A stretch of 64,000 bases of DNA, taken from the NCBI RefSeq assembly GCF_009914755.1, contig NC_060930.1, one strand, 5' to 3'. The DNA comes from the human T2T-CHM13v2.0 reference genome, Homo sapiens. The notes under the pieces were generated by a model. That model made no database searches. It had not been told where the DNA came from and saw nothing but the letters and a program-made list of their open reading frames with translations. The position numbers and the translations under genes are program-made. This document shows positions 26,570 through 41,746 of this stretch, in pieces. The first letter of the stretch is position 1. Every line of letters starts with the position of its first letter.

Positions 26570-29500
26570 TATACTTTAGCTGAAGTATACAATGACTGAA
26601 AAAATTTACTAAAGATGATTAATAGCAGACTTTAACAAGCAGAGGGAAAAGAATCAGCAAACTCAATAATTGGTCATTTGAAATTATCCAGTTAGAGAAA
26701 CAAAAAGAAAAAGGAAGAGAAAGAGTGAAGAAAGCCTAAGAGATTTAAGCAACACCATCAAGCATACCAATATATGCATTTTGCGAGTTCCAGAAAAAAA
26801 AAAAAAGAAGAGGGTGAAAAGGGGACAAAAAGCTTATTTAAAGAGATGAGGCCAACAACTTCCCAAATCTGGGAAAGGATATGGATACTCGAATTCAAGA
26901 AGCCTAATATATGCTAAGTTAAACCCAAAGAAATCCACACTGAGACACATTGTAATCTAATCGTCAAAAGTTAAAGGCAAAGATCACATTTTGAAAGCAG
27001 CAAGAAAAAAGAGACTTGTTATGTACAAGGGAATCTTGATAAGACTATCAGCAGATTTCTCAATAGCACCATTGCAGGCCAGGAGTGGGATGACATATTC
27101 AAAGTGCTGAAAGGAAAGAAAAAACCTGCCAAACAAGAATGCTATGTCTGGCAGAACTGTTCTTCAAAAATGAAGGAGAAATAAAGACTTTTCTAGATAA
27201 ACACAAGCTGAGAAAGTTCATCACCATCAGACCTGCCTTATAAGAAATTCTCAAGGAGTCCTTCAAGATCAAACAGAAGTATACTAATCAGCAACATAAA
27301 AGCATAAGATAGTATAAATTTTTCAGATAAAAGTAAATATATAGACAGACACACAATATTATAATACTGTAATAGTGTGCATAAATGACTTTTAATTCTG
27401 GTGTAAAAGTTAAAAGACAAAAGCATTTTTAAAAACTGTAACTTTAAAAATATGTTAACAGATATAAAATATAAAAAGATGCAATTTGTGGCATCAGTAA
27501 CAAAGGACAGGTAGCAAAAATATAGAATATTTATATGTAATTTAATTTCATACCAACTTAAAATAAGTTGTTGTAATTACATGATGTTTCATGTAACCCC
27601 TATGATAACCTCAAAGAAAATACCTATGGAAGATAAATAAAATGATAAAGGACATCACTACAAAAAAAGCAATAAAACACAAAGGAAGACAGTAAAAGAA
27701 AAAAAGAGGGACAAAAAGCTACAGGAAAGACAGAAAATAATTACCAAAATGGCAACAATAATTTTTCCCTATCAGTAATTACCTTAAATGTAAGTGAGTA
27801 TACTCCTTAATCAAAGTACATAGAGAGACTGAATGGTTTAGAGCTACAGATCCAGCTATATACTATCTATGAAAGACTCTAGCCTGGGCAACATGGCAAA
27901 ACCCCATCTCTACAAAAACAAAAACAAAAGCAAACAAACAAAAAACAACAAAATTAGCCATGCATGGTGGCATGTGCCTGTAGTCTCAGCTACTCAGGAG
28001 GCTGAGGTGGGAGGATTGACTGAGTCTGGGAGGTTGAAGCTGCAGTGAGCTATGATCCTGCCACTGCACTCCAGCCTGGGCAACAGAATGAGACAAAGGA
28101 AAGGAAAAGGAGAAGGGGAAGGGGAAGGAAGGGAAAGAAAGGGAAGGGAAGGGGGGAAAAGGGAAAAGGGAAAGGAAAAGAAAAGAGAAATGAAAAGGAC
28201 TCACTTTAAATTTAAGGACACACATAGGCTGTAAGTGAAAAAATGAAAAAAGATATTCCATGCAAATGGTAGCCAAAAGACATCAGAGATGTCTATACTT
28301 ATATCACACAGTACAAAACTATAACAAGAGACAAAGAAAGATATCCTACTATGATAAAAGGGTCAACTCACCAGGAAGATATAATAATTATGATTATATA
28401 TGCAGCCAACATCATGATAACAAAAATACGAGGCAGACATATACAGAACTGAAGGGAGAAATAGAAAGAAACACAATAATAGTAGAGGATTTCAATAATG
28501 ATTAGAACATTCAAACAGAAGATCAATAAGGAAATAGAAGACTTGAACAATACTATAGACCAAATGAACCTAGCAGATGCATACAGAATATTCCACCAAA
28601 CAGCAGCAGAATACACATTCCCTTCAATTGCACATGAAACATTCTCCAGGACAGACCACATGTTAAATCACAAAACATGTCTTATTTAAGAAGGCTGAAA
28701 TCATACCAGTATATTTTCCAACCACAATGGAATAAAACTAAAAATTAACAACAGGAGGAAAATTGAAAAATTCACAAATATGTAAAAATTAAATAGCACA
28801 CTTTTGAATAGCCATCAGGTCAAAGAAGAAATCAGAGACAAAGTTAGAAAATACGTGATGACAAAATCACAACATCCAAAATTTATGAGATGCAGGAAAA
28901 CAGTACTAAGAGAGAAGTTTATAGCAATAAATGCCTACATTAAAAAAGAAAAAGGATATCAAATAATCAAATAAACAACTTTATACCTCAAGGACCTACA
29001 GAAAAAAAAGACAAACTAAGCCCGAAGTTAGCAGGAGGAAAAAAATAATTTAGATTTAAGCAGTAATAAATAAAATAGAAAATGGAAAGAAGTCAACAAA
29101 GCTAAGAGTTGCTTTTTTGGAAAAATCAACAAAATTGACAAACCTTTAACTAAATTAAGTAAAAACAGAGAAGACTCAAAACAGGAAGTGAAAGAAGAGA
29201 TATTACAATTGATGCCACAGAAATAAAAAGGATTTTAAGTGACCACTATGAACGACTATATATCAACAAATTGGTAACCTAGAAGAAATGAATAAATTCC
29301 TAGAACATATAACCTACCAAAACTGAAACATGAATAAATAGAATATATGAACATACCTATAACTAGAGATTAAAGGAAATTAAATCAGTAATCAAAACAC
29401 CCCAACAATAAAAGCCTAGTACCAGGTGGCTTCAGTGGTGAATTCTACCAGACATTTAAAGAAGAATTAATATCTTTCTTAAGATCTTTCAAAAAATTGA

Positions 29501-31530
29501 AGAGGAGTAAACACTTCTAAACTATTTTTATAAGGCCAGCATTAACCTGATACCAAAGCCAGAAAAAGATACCATAATAAAATAAAACTACAAGCCAATA
29601 TCCCTGATGAATATAGATGTAAATATCCCCAATAAAACACTAACAAACTGAATTTAACAGCACATCGAAAACATCATACACCATGACCAAATGGGAATTA
29701 TCCACAGGATGAAAGAGTTTGACATATAAAATCAATAAATGTGTCATTGACAGAATGAAGGAAAAGATAACATGATCATCTCAATGGAGGCAGAAAAATA
29801 ATTGACAAAAATCAGCACTATTTTATGATAAAAGCACTCAACAAGTAAGGAATAGAAGGAAACTACTTTAACATAATAAAGACCATATTTGAAAAGTTCA
29901 CAGCTAACATCACACTCAATGATAAAATGTTAAAAGCTTTTCCTCTAAGATGAGGAACAAGACAAAGATACCTAATTTCACCACTTCTATTCAACATTGT
30001 ACTAGCCAGAGGAATTAGGCAAGAAAAGAAATAAAAGGCATTCAAATCACAAAAGAAATAAAATTATCTCTGCTCACAGATAGCATGATCATAAACATAG
30101 AAAACCCTAATGATTATACATAAAAGACTCCATGCCAAAAAAAATGGTTAGAAGAAACCAATTAAGCAAATTTGGAGAATACAAATTCAACATATAAAAA
30201 TCAGTTGTGTTTCTATTCAGTAACAACAATTTAAAAAGAAAATTAAGAAAATAATCTCATTTATAAAACATAAAAATAAAATACTTAGAAATAAACTTAA
30301 CCAAAGAATCAAAAACTTGTACACTGAAAACTACAAAACATTGATAAAAGAAACTGAAGAAGGAATAAATGGAAATATATCTTGTGTTCATGGATTGGTA
30401 GACAATATTATTTAAAAAGTCCATACTGCCTAACTTGATCTACAGATTCAATGCAATCCCTATAAAAATCCCAATAACGTTTTTTATAGAAGTAGAAAAA
30501 GCATTCCTAAAATTTATATGAAACCTCAAAAGACCTCAAACAGTCAAAACAATCTTGGGAAACAAAAACTAAGCTGGAGGCCTCACACTTCCTGATTTCA
30601 AAATATATTGCAAAGCTAGAGTAATCAAAACAGTATGGTAAAGGCATAAAAACAAACATATAGACAAATGGAACAGAATAGAGAGCCCAGAAAACACTCT
30701 TGCATGCATCAATGAAATTATCTTTGACAAGGGTGGTAAGACTGCCCGACGGGGAAAGGATCTCTTCAATCAATAGTGCTGGGAAAACCGGATATCCACA
30801 TGCAAAAGAATAACTTTGGACCCTTATTTTACACCATACACAAAAAACAACTCAAAATAAAGACTTAAACATAAGATCTGAAACTATAAAATTTCTAAAA
30901 GAAAACTAGGAAAAGCTTCATAACATCAGCCTCGTAATGATTTCTTGGATTTATTCCAAAATCACAGGCAACAAAAAAAGCAAAAATAGACAACTGGGAT
31001 TACAGCAAACTAAAAAGCTTCTGTGCAGCAAAGGAGAAAAAAAACTCTGTAAAAAGACAATCTATGAAGTGGGATAAAATATTTGCAAACCATATATCTG
31101 ATAAGAGATTAACATTCAAAATAAATAATAAACTCTAACTCAGCAACAAAAAAAAAAACTGATTAAGGAATTTTATTGAGGACTTAAATAAACATTTCTC
31201 CAAAAATGACACACAAATGGCCACAGGTATATGAAAGATGTCCAACATCACTAATCATCAGAGAAATGCAAATCAATACTACAATGAAATGTTACCTCAT
31301 ACATGTTAGGCTGGCCATTACCAAAAAAAAGAAAGAAAGAAAGAAAGAAAGAGGAAGGAAAAGAGGGAGGGGGGGAAGGAGGAAGAAAGGAAGGAAGGAA
31401 GAGAAGGAGGGAGGGAAGGAAGCACGGAGGTTTCAGTCAAGCAAGATGAAAAAGTTCCAAAGATATGCTGTACAACATTGTGCTTATGATTCACAATACT
31501 GTACACTTAAAGATTTGTTAGAAGACTAGG
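26570..31530 (+). mobile_element. Old L1M (L1MA/MB-type) element, degraded ORF1-ORF2-3'
   Basis: Fragments translate to L1 ORF2 (KQKINKEIEDLNNTIDQMNLAD...; RCPTSLIIREMQINTT) with many stops and frameshifts. Confidence 0.88.
27880..28190 (+). mobile_element. 5'-truncated AluJ-like element with an expanded purine tail, inserted in the L1M
   Basis: Alu text at 27880-28097, (GGAAA/GGGAA)n tail, TSD-like atgaaa(ag)gactc. Confidence 0.85.
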
Positions 31531-31885
31531 TTTCATGTTAATGTGTTTTATATGAGGGGGAAAGAGAAAAATGAAGAAGAAGAATGAAGGGAGAGGAAAG
31601 GGGAGGAAAGAGGAGGAAGGGGGAGGAAAGGGAGGAAAGGGGAGGAAGGGGGAGGAAGGGGGAGGAGGAAGGAGGAGGAGGGAGGAGGAAGGAATGAGGG
31701 AGGCAGGAGCAGGGAGGAAGAGGGAGGAGGAAGGAGGAGGGAGAAGGAGGAGGAAGAAGAAGAGGAGGAGGAGGAAGTAGTAGTAGAAGTAGTAGTAGAA
31801 AAAGAAGTAGTAGTAGAAGAGGAAGTGGTAGTAGTAGAAGTAGTAGTAGTAGTAGTACTAGCAGTAGTAGCTGCAGCAGCAGCAC
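31323..31885. repeat. Purine-rich low-complexity tracts: (GAAA/GGAA)n, (GGA)n, (GTA)n, (GCA)n
   Basis: Read directly at 31323-31421 and 31555-31885. Confidence 0.9.
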
Positions 31886-32245
31886 AAGTCTTTTACACAG
31901 ATAAAGGAATCATCACCTATCAGAGAAAGGAGAGTATTAGAGACAACTCTTCCAGAGAAATAATAGGTCCATAAAGATGGAATAAACTGTGGTAAATATT
32001 ATTTAACTCAATAATATTTTGTTGTGATTCAACTACAGCAGAGTATAAAAATAAACAGTATTAGGAAATGGTCATCCTACATGTTAACACTTCAACATAG
32101 AAGTTAAGTATGTGTCAAAAAAAAAGCATGTGAATTTATCAAATGATTCAAATACAGATTACATGGTTTGTGGCTGTTGTAATATAGCAATGTTTTAGTT
32201 TAATGCATTAATCATACTCTAATACAGTATAAAATGTCAAGTGCA

Positions 32246-32614
<369 letters not shown>

Positions 32615-34309
32615 CTATTGTGCAACAGATATGTGAACTGATTAGACACATAAATTATTTATATCTTTTCGAGTGTGGATGAAAATATATTTGGCAAGAT
32701 TTCAATTTTGATTGTGTTTATAGATGATACATTTTAACTAAAAGAGTGTTTAACTCTTCTAAGCACATCTACTCTTTCATGTGTAGTTAGAATCATTAAA
32801 ATAGAATGCATTTACCAAAATACAGATCCACAGAAAAAGTCTCTGAAGCAAATATTGAACAAACATTTTATCAGTTACATTTATATTTAAAGATAAAAAT
32901 GAATGATAAGTGAAATTTCTCCAGGAAAAGTCTGTTTTAAGAATGAAATATACCTGGCTTCAAAATCAAAGAATTCTAACTAATATGACCACATATTAAA
33001 AATTTAAATCCCATTGGCCTGTTCAGTATGATAAATGTCAACAAAATCTAACTACTAGAGATTCATAAAAAGAAGAACTATGGTGGTGATTTGTACTTAT
33101 TACAGTACCTTTATTTAAAGTTTCATGGAAGAAGACGTTTAATTTTCTATATTCTCTTAAATATGAAAATTTAAAAAGTTTTTCTCTACCATATCCCACA
33201 AGCAAATATGAAGAAAACAGAGGAATTAATGATATAATTTGTTTCCTAACTCATAAACACACAGGATTTTTTTGTCAAATGTGAAGCCACCCACTTTGGG
33301 AGTTTTTGTAGACAAACTAATATTCACTTTATATGAATATTACTTTAATATGGTACACTAAATGCCTATAATATTAAAAATAAGAGATACAAAAAATTAC
33401 TCTCCCCTAAAATAATCTGAATATTAGCATATCTATGCCCTAATAGGATTAATATTTACCAAAACTGGGACCTTCCCATACCATGCAGTTATCATGAACA
33501 TGAAGTTAGATTTTATGAAATGATATAAACATAATTAATAAACTGTTATTTTCAAATGTTCTGTGAAAGGGAAGTTAAGCTTTTTAAAGTGCAATTTTAA
33601 CGTTTTCCCCCAACTTTAAAAATGTCAGTAATTTGAAGCTTTTTTCTGAAGAAATAATGAAATTCTAGCTCAGAATTATGTACAAGAATATTCATTTTTG
33701 TCATTTATATTAGCAAAACTTAGAAATAAACTAAATGTACAAAAACAGGAAAAATTTAAAATAAATTACAGTAGGAAATTGCTATCCTATGAATAGAGTA
33801 TAAAAATTGTATACACAAGAGTATATCATACAAAAATAAAGTATGAAATTATATATGCAATAGTATCTTGATTTAGGCAGAAGGATAAACTAAAACACAC
33901 TGGGGAAAAAAGGAAAAAAACTAGAATATAAAGTACAGAAAAACTCATTAACGGGGTGATATGATTATGTGTGATTTATATATATTTTTATTCTTTGTGC
34001 CTTTTTCTACAATTTCTACAATAGACATGTTATAATTGAAAGGAAAAATAATAAATGTTACAAAATATTGTATTTTCCATAGATTTGTAACTTATTTCTA
34101 AAAACCAAAATTTATCCTAAATACATACAACACAAAAAATTTATGCTCACAGTATAAATATAACATTTATAACATTATAAATGTTGTAACATTATAATTG
34201 ACATTAAATATAACAATTTACACCAGTGTTAATGAAGAAATTATATCAAAATGTAAAAAGCACAATTATTAATTGCTTCCAAATTATATTAAGGCATTTT
34301 AAGGCTTAC

Positions 34310-34861
34310 CTTCACAAAGTTTCTGCTTCATCACTTCCCTTATTTTGGATATTGCAATATAGTCTTCCACATAAAACACATAAGTAGACGAAGGCTTGTT
34401 GGCAATAGCTCTAAGTTCGGCATCTTCTGTTTCTGAACCAACACCAATAGCAAATAATGTTATCTTACTATCTCTTGCTGCTTGAGCTGCATCCTTGACG
34501 TCATCTTGGGACTTGCCATCCGTAAGTACCACTGCTATCTTAGTCAGAAATCGTGAGGACTTGGCAAAAAGGTAATCGAGCGCAAACTGGATGGCCTTCC
34601 CTGTCTTTGTGTTTCCTCCTAAGTAGAGTATGGATTCCACTGCTGCCGTCAAATGTTCTCCTGAATCATAGCTTCCGAGAGGAATCTCCAGCACAGGGTA
34701 GTCACTATATTGAACCACTCCAACTTGAATAAACTTCGGCCCTATGTCAAAGTTTTTTGTGATATTGACAAGCCACTTTTTCACTATTTCAAAGTTTTCT
34801 GGGCCAACACTATAAGAGCCATCTAAGATGAAAACTAAATCTGTCGGAGCAGTACGACAAC
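34310..34861 (-). CDS. COL21A1: COL21A1 exon 3: von Willebrand factor A domain (552 nt, phase 1-1)
   Basis: Overlaps ORF 34299..34892. DLVFILDGSYS (MIDAS DxSxS), GGNTKTG and VLTDGKS. Acceptor cacttag|GT, donor G|GTAAGC. Confidence 0.97.
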
Positions 34862-37262
34862 CTAAGTGCAAAAGAAAACCATCATAGCACATCTTTTATA
34901 TAAAAAGCAAAAAGGGAGAGATTTTAAATATATGAGTTTCAGCTATACACTAATATCATTGCTTATTTTAAATTGTATGTGAAATATGTTTAGCTTAATG
35001 CTAACGTGAAATATTACAAAAATATAAGCCAGTGAATAGGGAGAAAAAAATTAAAAACAAATTTTCTACCAACTCCAGGACTTAGCTAGCCAATAAAATT
35101 TCATCTTTGATATATTAATAGTTGATAAAAGTTAAATGAACCAAGATCACCCAATGAATCAACTCTTGCATTATATCCAAGATGAGTTTCTAAAGGTCTG
35201 ATGTCTCATATTCAGTGAATAATGTCAGAGCATTAGCTTGTACTAACAATCTATGGTTAAAGGTATAAAGCTATTCCTTGCTTAGTAGAGATAGAGATTC
35301 TTGTTTCAAGATACCAGGAAACACATGTGGTCAACACATCCTAAGGTCCTTTTGGGGAAAAAAAAATACCATCTTTGGTGCAAGTTACATTTGAACAAGT
35401 TATAAGCAGTTGTGGAAAGAAAAAGACTTCCCCTGTTACAAATGCTAACATGCTAAATGTAAAACAAAGCATGAATATAAAATTATCTCATTATCATACA
35501 GGCTATAAATAATAACTATTATTGCTGCTTTAAGAACAGAAGTTAGAGAAGAAGACAAATATAGCTGTTCTTTTCTGCGCATTCTGTTAGCCATTCCAAA
35601 CTATTGGAATTGCCCCAACGAACCAGTTTATCTTTTAGTCTGTGTCAGTCTCCCAACTCTGGGCCTTTGCAGTTGCTCTTCCCTTTTATTAGAATGTCTT
35701 CCTCTTCACCTGACTAATACTCTTGTTTCAGATCCCTGATTGCCTGTCGGCTTTATCATAAAACCTTTCCTGACCTTCCACAGTTAGGTTGCCATCCCCT
35801 CCTAAATTTATAGCAGTCAAGAAGTTCCAAAAATAAAAAGAATTGCCAAAATATGGATTTGTCTCAAAAATGTGTCTGTGATTATGACATTATTCCTAAA
35901 GTGTTCTACTGCAGGTGGTAGTATCCTCAGAAGGTGTAAGGGACACAATTCCAACAACCTCTGCCATGGCGGCCACTGCCAGAGGTCAAAGTAGGGACAG
36001 CAGAAATGGAGTTCTGTCCAGAGGCAAACTTCCTAACCCAAGGGAATGCAATTTTTCTGTTATTTTTGGAAGCTTGGAAGCTGGATGGACTAGGATTAAA
36101 GGGTTATGCTTTTATTGTTTTTTGTTTTTTGTTTTTTTTTTGCAGGGAGACGAAAGGATAGAAAAGCTTGTTGGCAGAGCTTTTCAATGTTGGCCCTTCC
36201 TAAATACTGAGACTCATTGTTGTCTGAAGCTGTTAGTGTTTGTGTGCCACCTGATTCAGTGGTTTTCACTCTAAGAGGGTTATTCTTGGCCCTTCCTACC
36301 CTTCTCCCTGTCACAGGGCCACAGAGCATGTATTTCATAACTGTAAAGTTAGTCAACAGCATGGGCATACAAGCAAATAATGCCATTTATAAGCCCTAGA
36401 CATAATATCCATCCTGAGAACCTCTTCCTTAGAGAGATGAATGACATCATAGAAAAGGAATGGGACTGAAGAGCAAAAACATGGTTCAAATACTAGTTAC
36501 TGCCCTCACAAGCTGTATGATGCTAGGTAAGCCCCTTAACTTATTAAAATCCCCTTTTCCACCCAAGAAAAAAACAAAGGAAAGGGCATCCACATTATAC
36601 AGTGATTGCATGAATTAAACTATAGAAGTGTTAAGCAAGCTTTAAATATTATTGTATTAATAAATTTTAAGCCAAGTTGAATCAAATTGTCAAACCATCT
36701 CATTTAACTTTTATAGAGACCTTAGTTAATTTATAGTAGGATGCTTATGAGTTTTAAAATGTGAACATAAGCAAACTTTTTTTTAAAAAAAAGTGTGCTA
36801 TCTCTAAATGATAGTCTGGGTAACAGAACTATAATTAATATAGCTCTTTATCTCTATAGGCAAGCTTTCCTACAAGCAATAATAACATTCACTGAGATGT
36901 ACTGTGCTAAGCCTTTGACATGCATTATCTCATTCAGTCCTGATAACCAATCTAGAAGGCTTTCTTTATCTTCCTATCATGCAGTTCAAAAGTGGCTGAA
37001 CATGGACTCAATACCAGACTGTTTGTTCCAAAGCTTGATGTGTTAATTGAATAAACTATTGCCATAGAGTCATCTCAAAATTATCTCTGAGGGAAGCTTT
37101 TCTTCTCAGTTAATGAGTAACATAGCAATTCATTTATTTTAGGGAGTTACAGAATCAAAGACAGTAAGAATGAGATCCTTAAAACCATTACTTGAACTCC
37201 CCTAGTTTAATTTCCAGATTAATTTGTTGATAACAAAAAAGGACAATGCTGATAGTTCTTAC

Positions 37263-37350
37263 TTGATCTTACTTCCCCATCTTCAGCTAACACAGAATTC
37301 TGAAGAAGCAGCACCAAAACCATGCAGAGAAATGTAATATAGTGAGCCAT
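37263..37350 (-). CDS. COL21A1: COL21A1 first coding exon (exon 2): signal peptide, 88 nt of CDS. The exon starts at 37388 with 38 nt of 5'UTR.
   Basis: Acceptor ttttttttccccctag|G (AG at 37390-37389). In-frame upstream TAG at 37368-37366. aacATGG Kozak context. Hydrophobic MAHYITFLCMVLVLLLQNSVLA. Phase-1 donor A|GTAAGA. Confidence 0.95.
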
Positions 37351-40157
37351 GTTTCTGTTTTCGTTCTAATATTTTGGTTTTAGGATTCCTAGGGGGAAAA
37401 AAAAGGCAAGTTAAATATATTAATTAAAGTCAACATCTAGCCATTATACATTTACATTTTGAAACAAGAGCCAATTGAAGTACAGCTAATTTTGTGACTA
37501 TTAGAATTAACTTAAATCTGTTTAAAACAGCCAAATGTTAAATATATTAATGCAGGAGGACAATGAATAGTGGCTAAAGACCATGATAAACCTTAATTCT
37601 TAATTGTCTTCAGAAAAGCATACACATTTTCTAAAATTTGAGCTTTTTGCAAAATATTTACTCAAATTTATCCTTTGGGCGTAGCCTGTAGAACCTTATC
37701 TCATTCTTTTTACTATCTGAATATTAGCAAACATTTTTCTTTTAAACGTGGGTTTGTATTTAAGGGACACTCAAAGAGTATTTAGTGAAAATATTTCTAA
37801 GATACAGCTGATGGAATTTAATTTTTAAAATAAGATGTAATTGTAAACATTAAGACCTGTTTTATTTAATTCATAAAGACTCAGTTACATAGTTTTCATA
37901 CACCATCTAAAATAAGTCCAAGAACTTCATTTCTGGTTAGAATGTAGAAAGTTGCAAGAGATTGTCATTCACAACAATGAGTACATACCAGATAAAGTAC
38001 AAATTCATATGCTTTTTAAGCCCAGCAGAAATGAAATAATTTAAAGAAACCTAAAAGAACCAAATTCCAGAAGTTATTAACCCTTTGTCATATAGAAATG
38101 ATTCACAACTGCTTTAATCTCTGGCAGAAAGGGAATACTGATGAGAAGGAATTTGCCACAGCATATAAAAAATCACTCAAAGCTGGTGTAACAGATTGGA
38201 AATCTGAGGAGTCTCTGCCACGCAACAAGCATTCCTTCATTCAGCAGTTCCTTCTGGTGAGCCTTAACTAAATATACGGAGTAGATAAGTAGTCCATAGA
38301 AAGTTGGCAACAGTATAGAACAGCCTAGAGAGAGTCTGTCCCTCTTCCTATCCAGGTACCCAGAGACTTCCTCAAATATAAAACAGTGGCCAAGACTTGA
38401 AAAGAAGCAAGAAATTTTTATTCCTGATCAGGAGAAAAACACCATAAGCAGATCCAAAGATTATCTAAATATCAGAAGTAGCAAAAAGTGTTTGTAAAAT
38501 GGCAGTGATAAATACATTAAAGGATCTAGTGAATAAGATGGAAAACACGTACAAAGATGTGGGAAATTTCAGAAGGCAGATGAAAACTATACAAAAAGAT
38601 ACAAAGAAAAATGCTTGCAGTTAAACAAACATCAGAAAATGGTTTATGCAACGGGTTTACCTGCATCCACTGGAGGAAAAGATAAGTAAACTTGAGGATA
38701 AGTCAATAGAAATTATCAAAAAATGAAACCCCAAGGCATAAAAACATGATAAAAGGAATAGAGCATCTAGAACTTATGGAACAATATCAAGTGATCTTGA
38801 TTTAGCATATAAGTAAATTTTTCTGGTGAAAAGGAGAGAATGAAGAAATATTTGAAAAGACATGGCCAAAAATTTTCCGAATTAATGAAAGCCACAATTC
38901 TCGGATCAAAGAACTTCAGCAAACCCCAAGCGAGACACAAAGTAAATCATGCCTACATACATCATATTCAATCAACTGAAAATCAAAATAAAATATAAAA
39001 TTCCTAAAAGTGGCCAGAGGAAAAGTGATACATTACCTACAGAGGGACAGCAGTAAGAATTTTAGACAGAAATTTTCTGGTAATAAACTGAGCATTCAAT
39101 CAGAAAGAGATAAAAATCCTAAATGTGTAGACATCTAATATTAAAGCTTCTAAATATATGAAACAAAAAATGAAAAAAATAAGCAGAGACACATTAAAAA
39201 TAATGTGAAGTTTTAATATCCAGTCCTCAGTATTATTTAATTAGAACAGAAAAAATTAGTAGTGGAACAGAAGGTTGGGACAACACTATTATTAACCAGT
39301 TTCACCTAGTTAATATTTACAAAACACTCCAACTAACAACAGAAGAAGACACATTGTTTTGTAATGCATATGAAACAGTCACCAAAAAGACAATATGCTG
39401 GAGAGAAAACAAGTCTCAGATTTCAAAAAATTGAAACCATACAGATTATGTTCCTTGACCAAAGGGCATTTAATTAGAAAATATTGGCGATGGCATCTGG
39501 ATATGAAGTTTTGCGGAAATGCTTTTTATTAAAAATGTAACTTATTAATAGATAATTGGACCAGTTTCAATAAATAGTATTTTTCTAGGACTTTGGCTAT
39601 TTCACCTGTCCACTTATCATCTTTCTATTATCTGTAGGATCTGTAGTTGTCCTACAGATTTTCAGAAGTGAAAGTCCTAAAATACTTTGAAATTAAGCAA
39701 CATACTTCTAAATAATCCATGAGTTTTAAAAAGTCAAAGGAAAAGTTTTTAAATATTTCAAACTGAATAATTTTTTAAATCAAATATTTTGTGATACAGC
39801 TAAAGCAGCACTTACAGAGAAATTTTAGCTTTAAAAGCATATATTAAAAAAAAGAAACCAATATCTAAGCTTCCACCTTAAGAAGCTAGAAAAACTACAA
39901 TAAAAAAGTAGAAAAAAAGTAGAAAAGTAGAAAAGGTATAAAAAACTATGAAATATAAATTTGAAAGACAATTAAAAAATAAATAATTAAAAAGTTAATT
40001 CTTTGGACAAATAAATATATTGATATGCCTTAGTAATTATAACCAAGAAACAACAGAGAAAACATAAATAATTGCCTAAGTCAGTATTCAAATAGAAAGC
40101 ACCACTACAGATTGTATAAACATTAAAAGGGTAAGTGGACAGGCGAAATGAACAGTC

Positions 40158-40471
<314 letters not shown>

Positions 40472-41746
40472 TGAACAAAGTCTTTGAAAAACACTATTTA
40501 TTGAAATTGGTCCAATTATTTGTTAAAGAAGTTAAATTATTAATCAAAAACATTCACACAAAGAAAACTCCTGGTCCAGATAGCTTCACCAGTAATTTCT
40601 TCCAACAATTTCTACAAAACAGTCAAGGGAAAAAAATAAAATAAAACTATTTGTTTTGGTGGAATTAAATGAAAATAAAGGAGAAGTGAACTCCCCCCAA
40701 TTTTTATTATGAGGCCAACATAACCCTAATTAAAAAAAAAACCTAGACAAAGATATTACAAAGTAAGAAAATTACAGTCCATTGATTTAGCATACAAGTA
40801 AATTTTCCATTATTCTTTATGAACAAGGATATAAAAATCTAAAACAAAATACTAGCTAATTAAATCTAGCAATATAATTTAAAATATCATGACCATGTGG
40901 GATTTATTAGAGAGATGCAAGATTGGTTTAACACTCAAAATTCAACTTATATAATGTACTTTGGTAAGAGACTAGAAAAAAAATCACATGAACATCTCAA
41001 TTTATTGGTAGAGCATCAAAAGTTCCTAACAAAATTTAATACTCATTTATGATAAAACTTTCAGCAAACTAAGAGTAGGACTTAACCTATGAATGTGAAT
41101 GCTGTCTATAAAAAAATCGACATACAACATCACATTGAGTTGTGAAATACTAAATTCTTTCCTTCTTAAATCAGTAAGTAGCTAAGGATACATTCTCATA
41201 CCATTTCTATTCAAAAATGTACAAGGATAGTTCTAGCTACAGCCATGGGCACAAATGAGAAATAAAACATGTAAAGATTATAAAGGAAAAAATAAAACCA
41301 TCATTTTTTATGGAAAACGTGATAATCTACATAGAAAGTGGAATCTACAAAAACAATAGTAGAACAAAGTGAATTTAGCAAGGTCACAAGACACAAGATT
41401 AATGGTTTCTTTATTGGGAAAAAAATACCATTTTCAATAGTATCAAAAGTATTATAAATGTGGAAATGAAGCTAATGAAATATGGAAAGACCCCCGTACT
41501 GAAACATTGCAAAATTAAAGAAACCAAATAAATGGAGAGATCCATATTCAGAATTAAAAGACTCAATATTATTAACATGTCCACCCTCCACATATGTTCT
41601 ATAGATTCAACAAAATCCCAATTTTTTAAATTAACAAATATTCTAAAACAGATATAAAATGCAAATGATTTTGAATTGGAACAGTCTTGAAAAAGAACTC
41701 TCTTAATAACAAAGTTGGAGAACTGATATTAACTGATACTGACTTA

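Noticed and set aside
31538-31885. Leu/Pro-rich 115-aa ORF resembling a signal peptide
   Set aside because: Translation of simple triplet repeats.
33987-34309. Intronic polyadenylation after the VWA exon (read-through GKP-stop, AATAAA at 33992-33987 on the minus strand)
   Set aside because: AATAAA is expected by chance in such AT-rich sequence, and the exon 3 donor is strong. No further support.
35900-36420. Unique, slightly GC-richer patch in intron 2 with overlapping ORFs and short TF-like motifs (AGGTCA, GGAATG, TGATTCA)
   Set aside because: The ORFs resemble no protein I recognise and such short motifs occur by chance. An enhancer cannot be supported from sequence alone.
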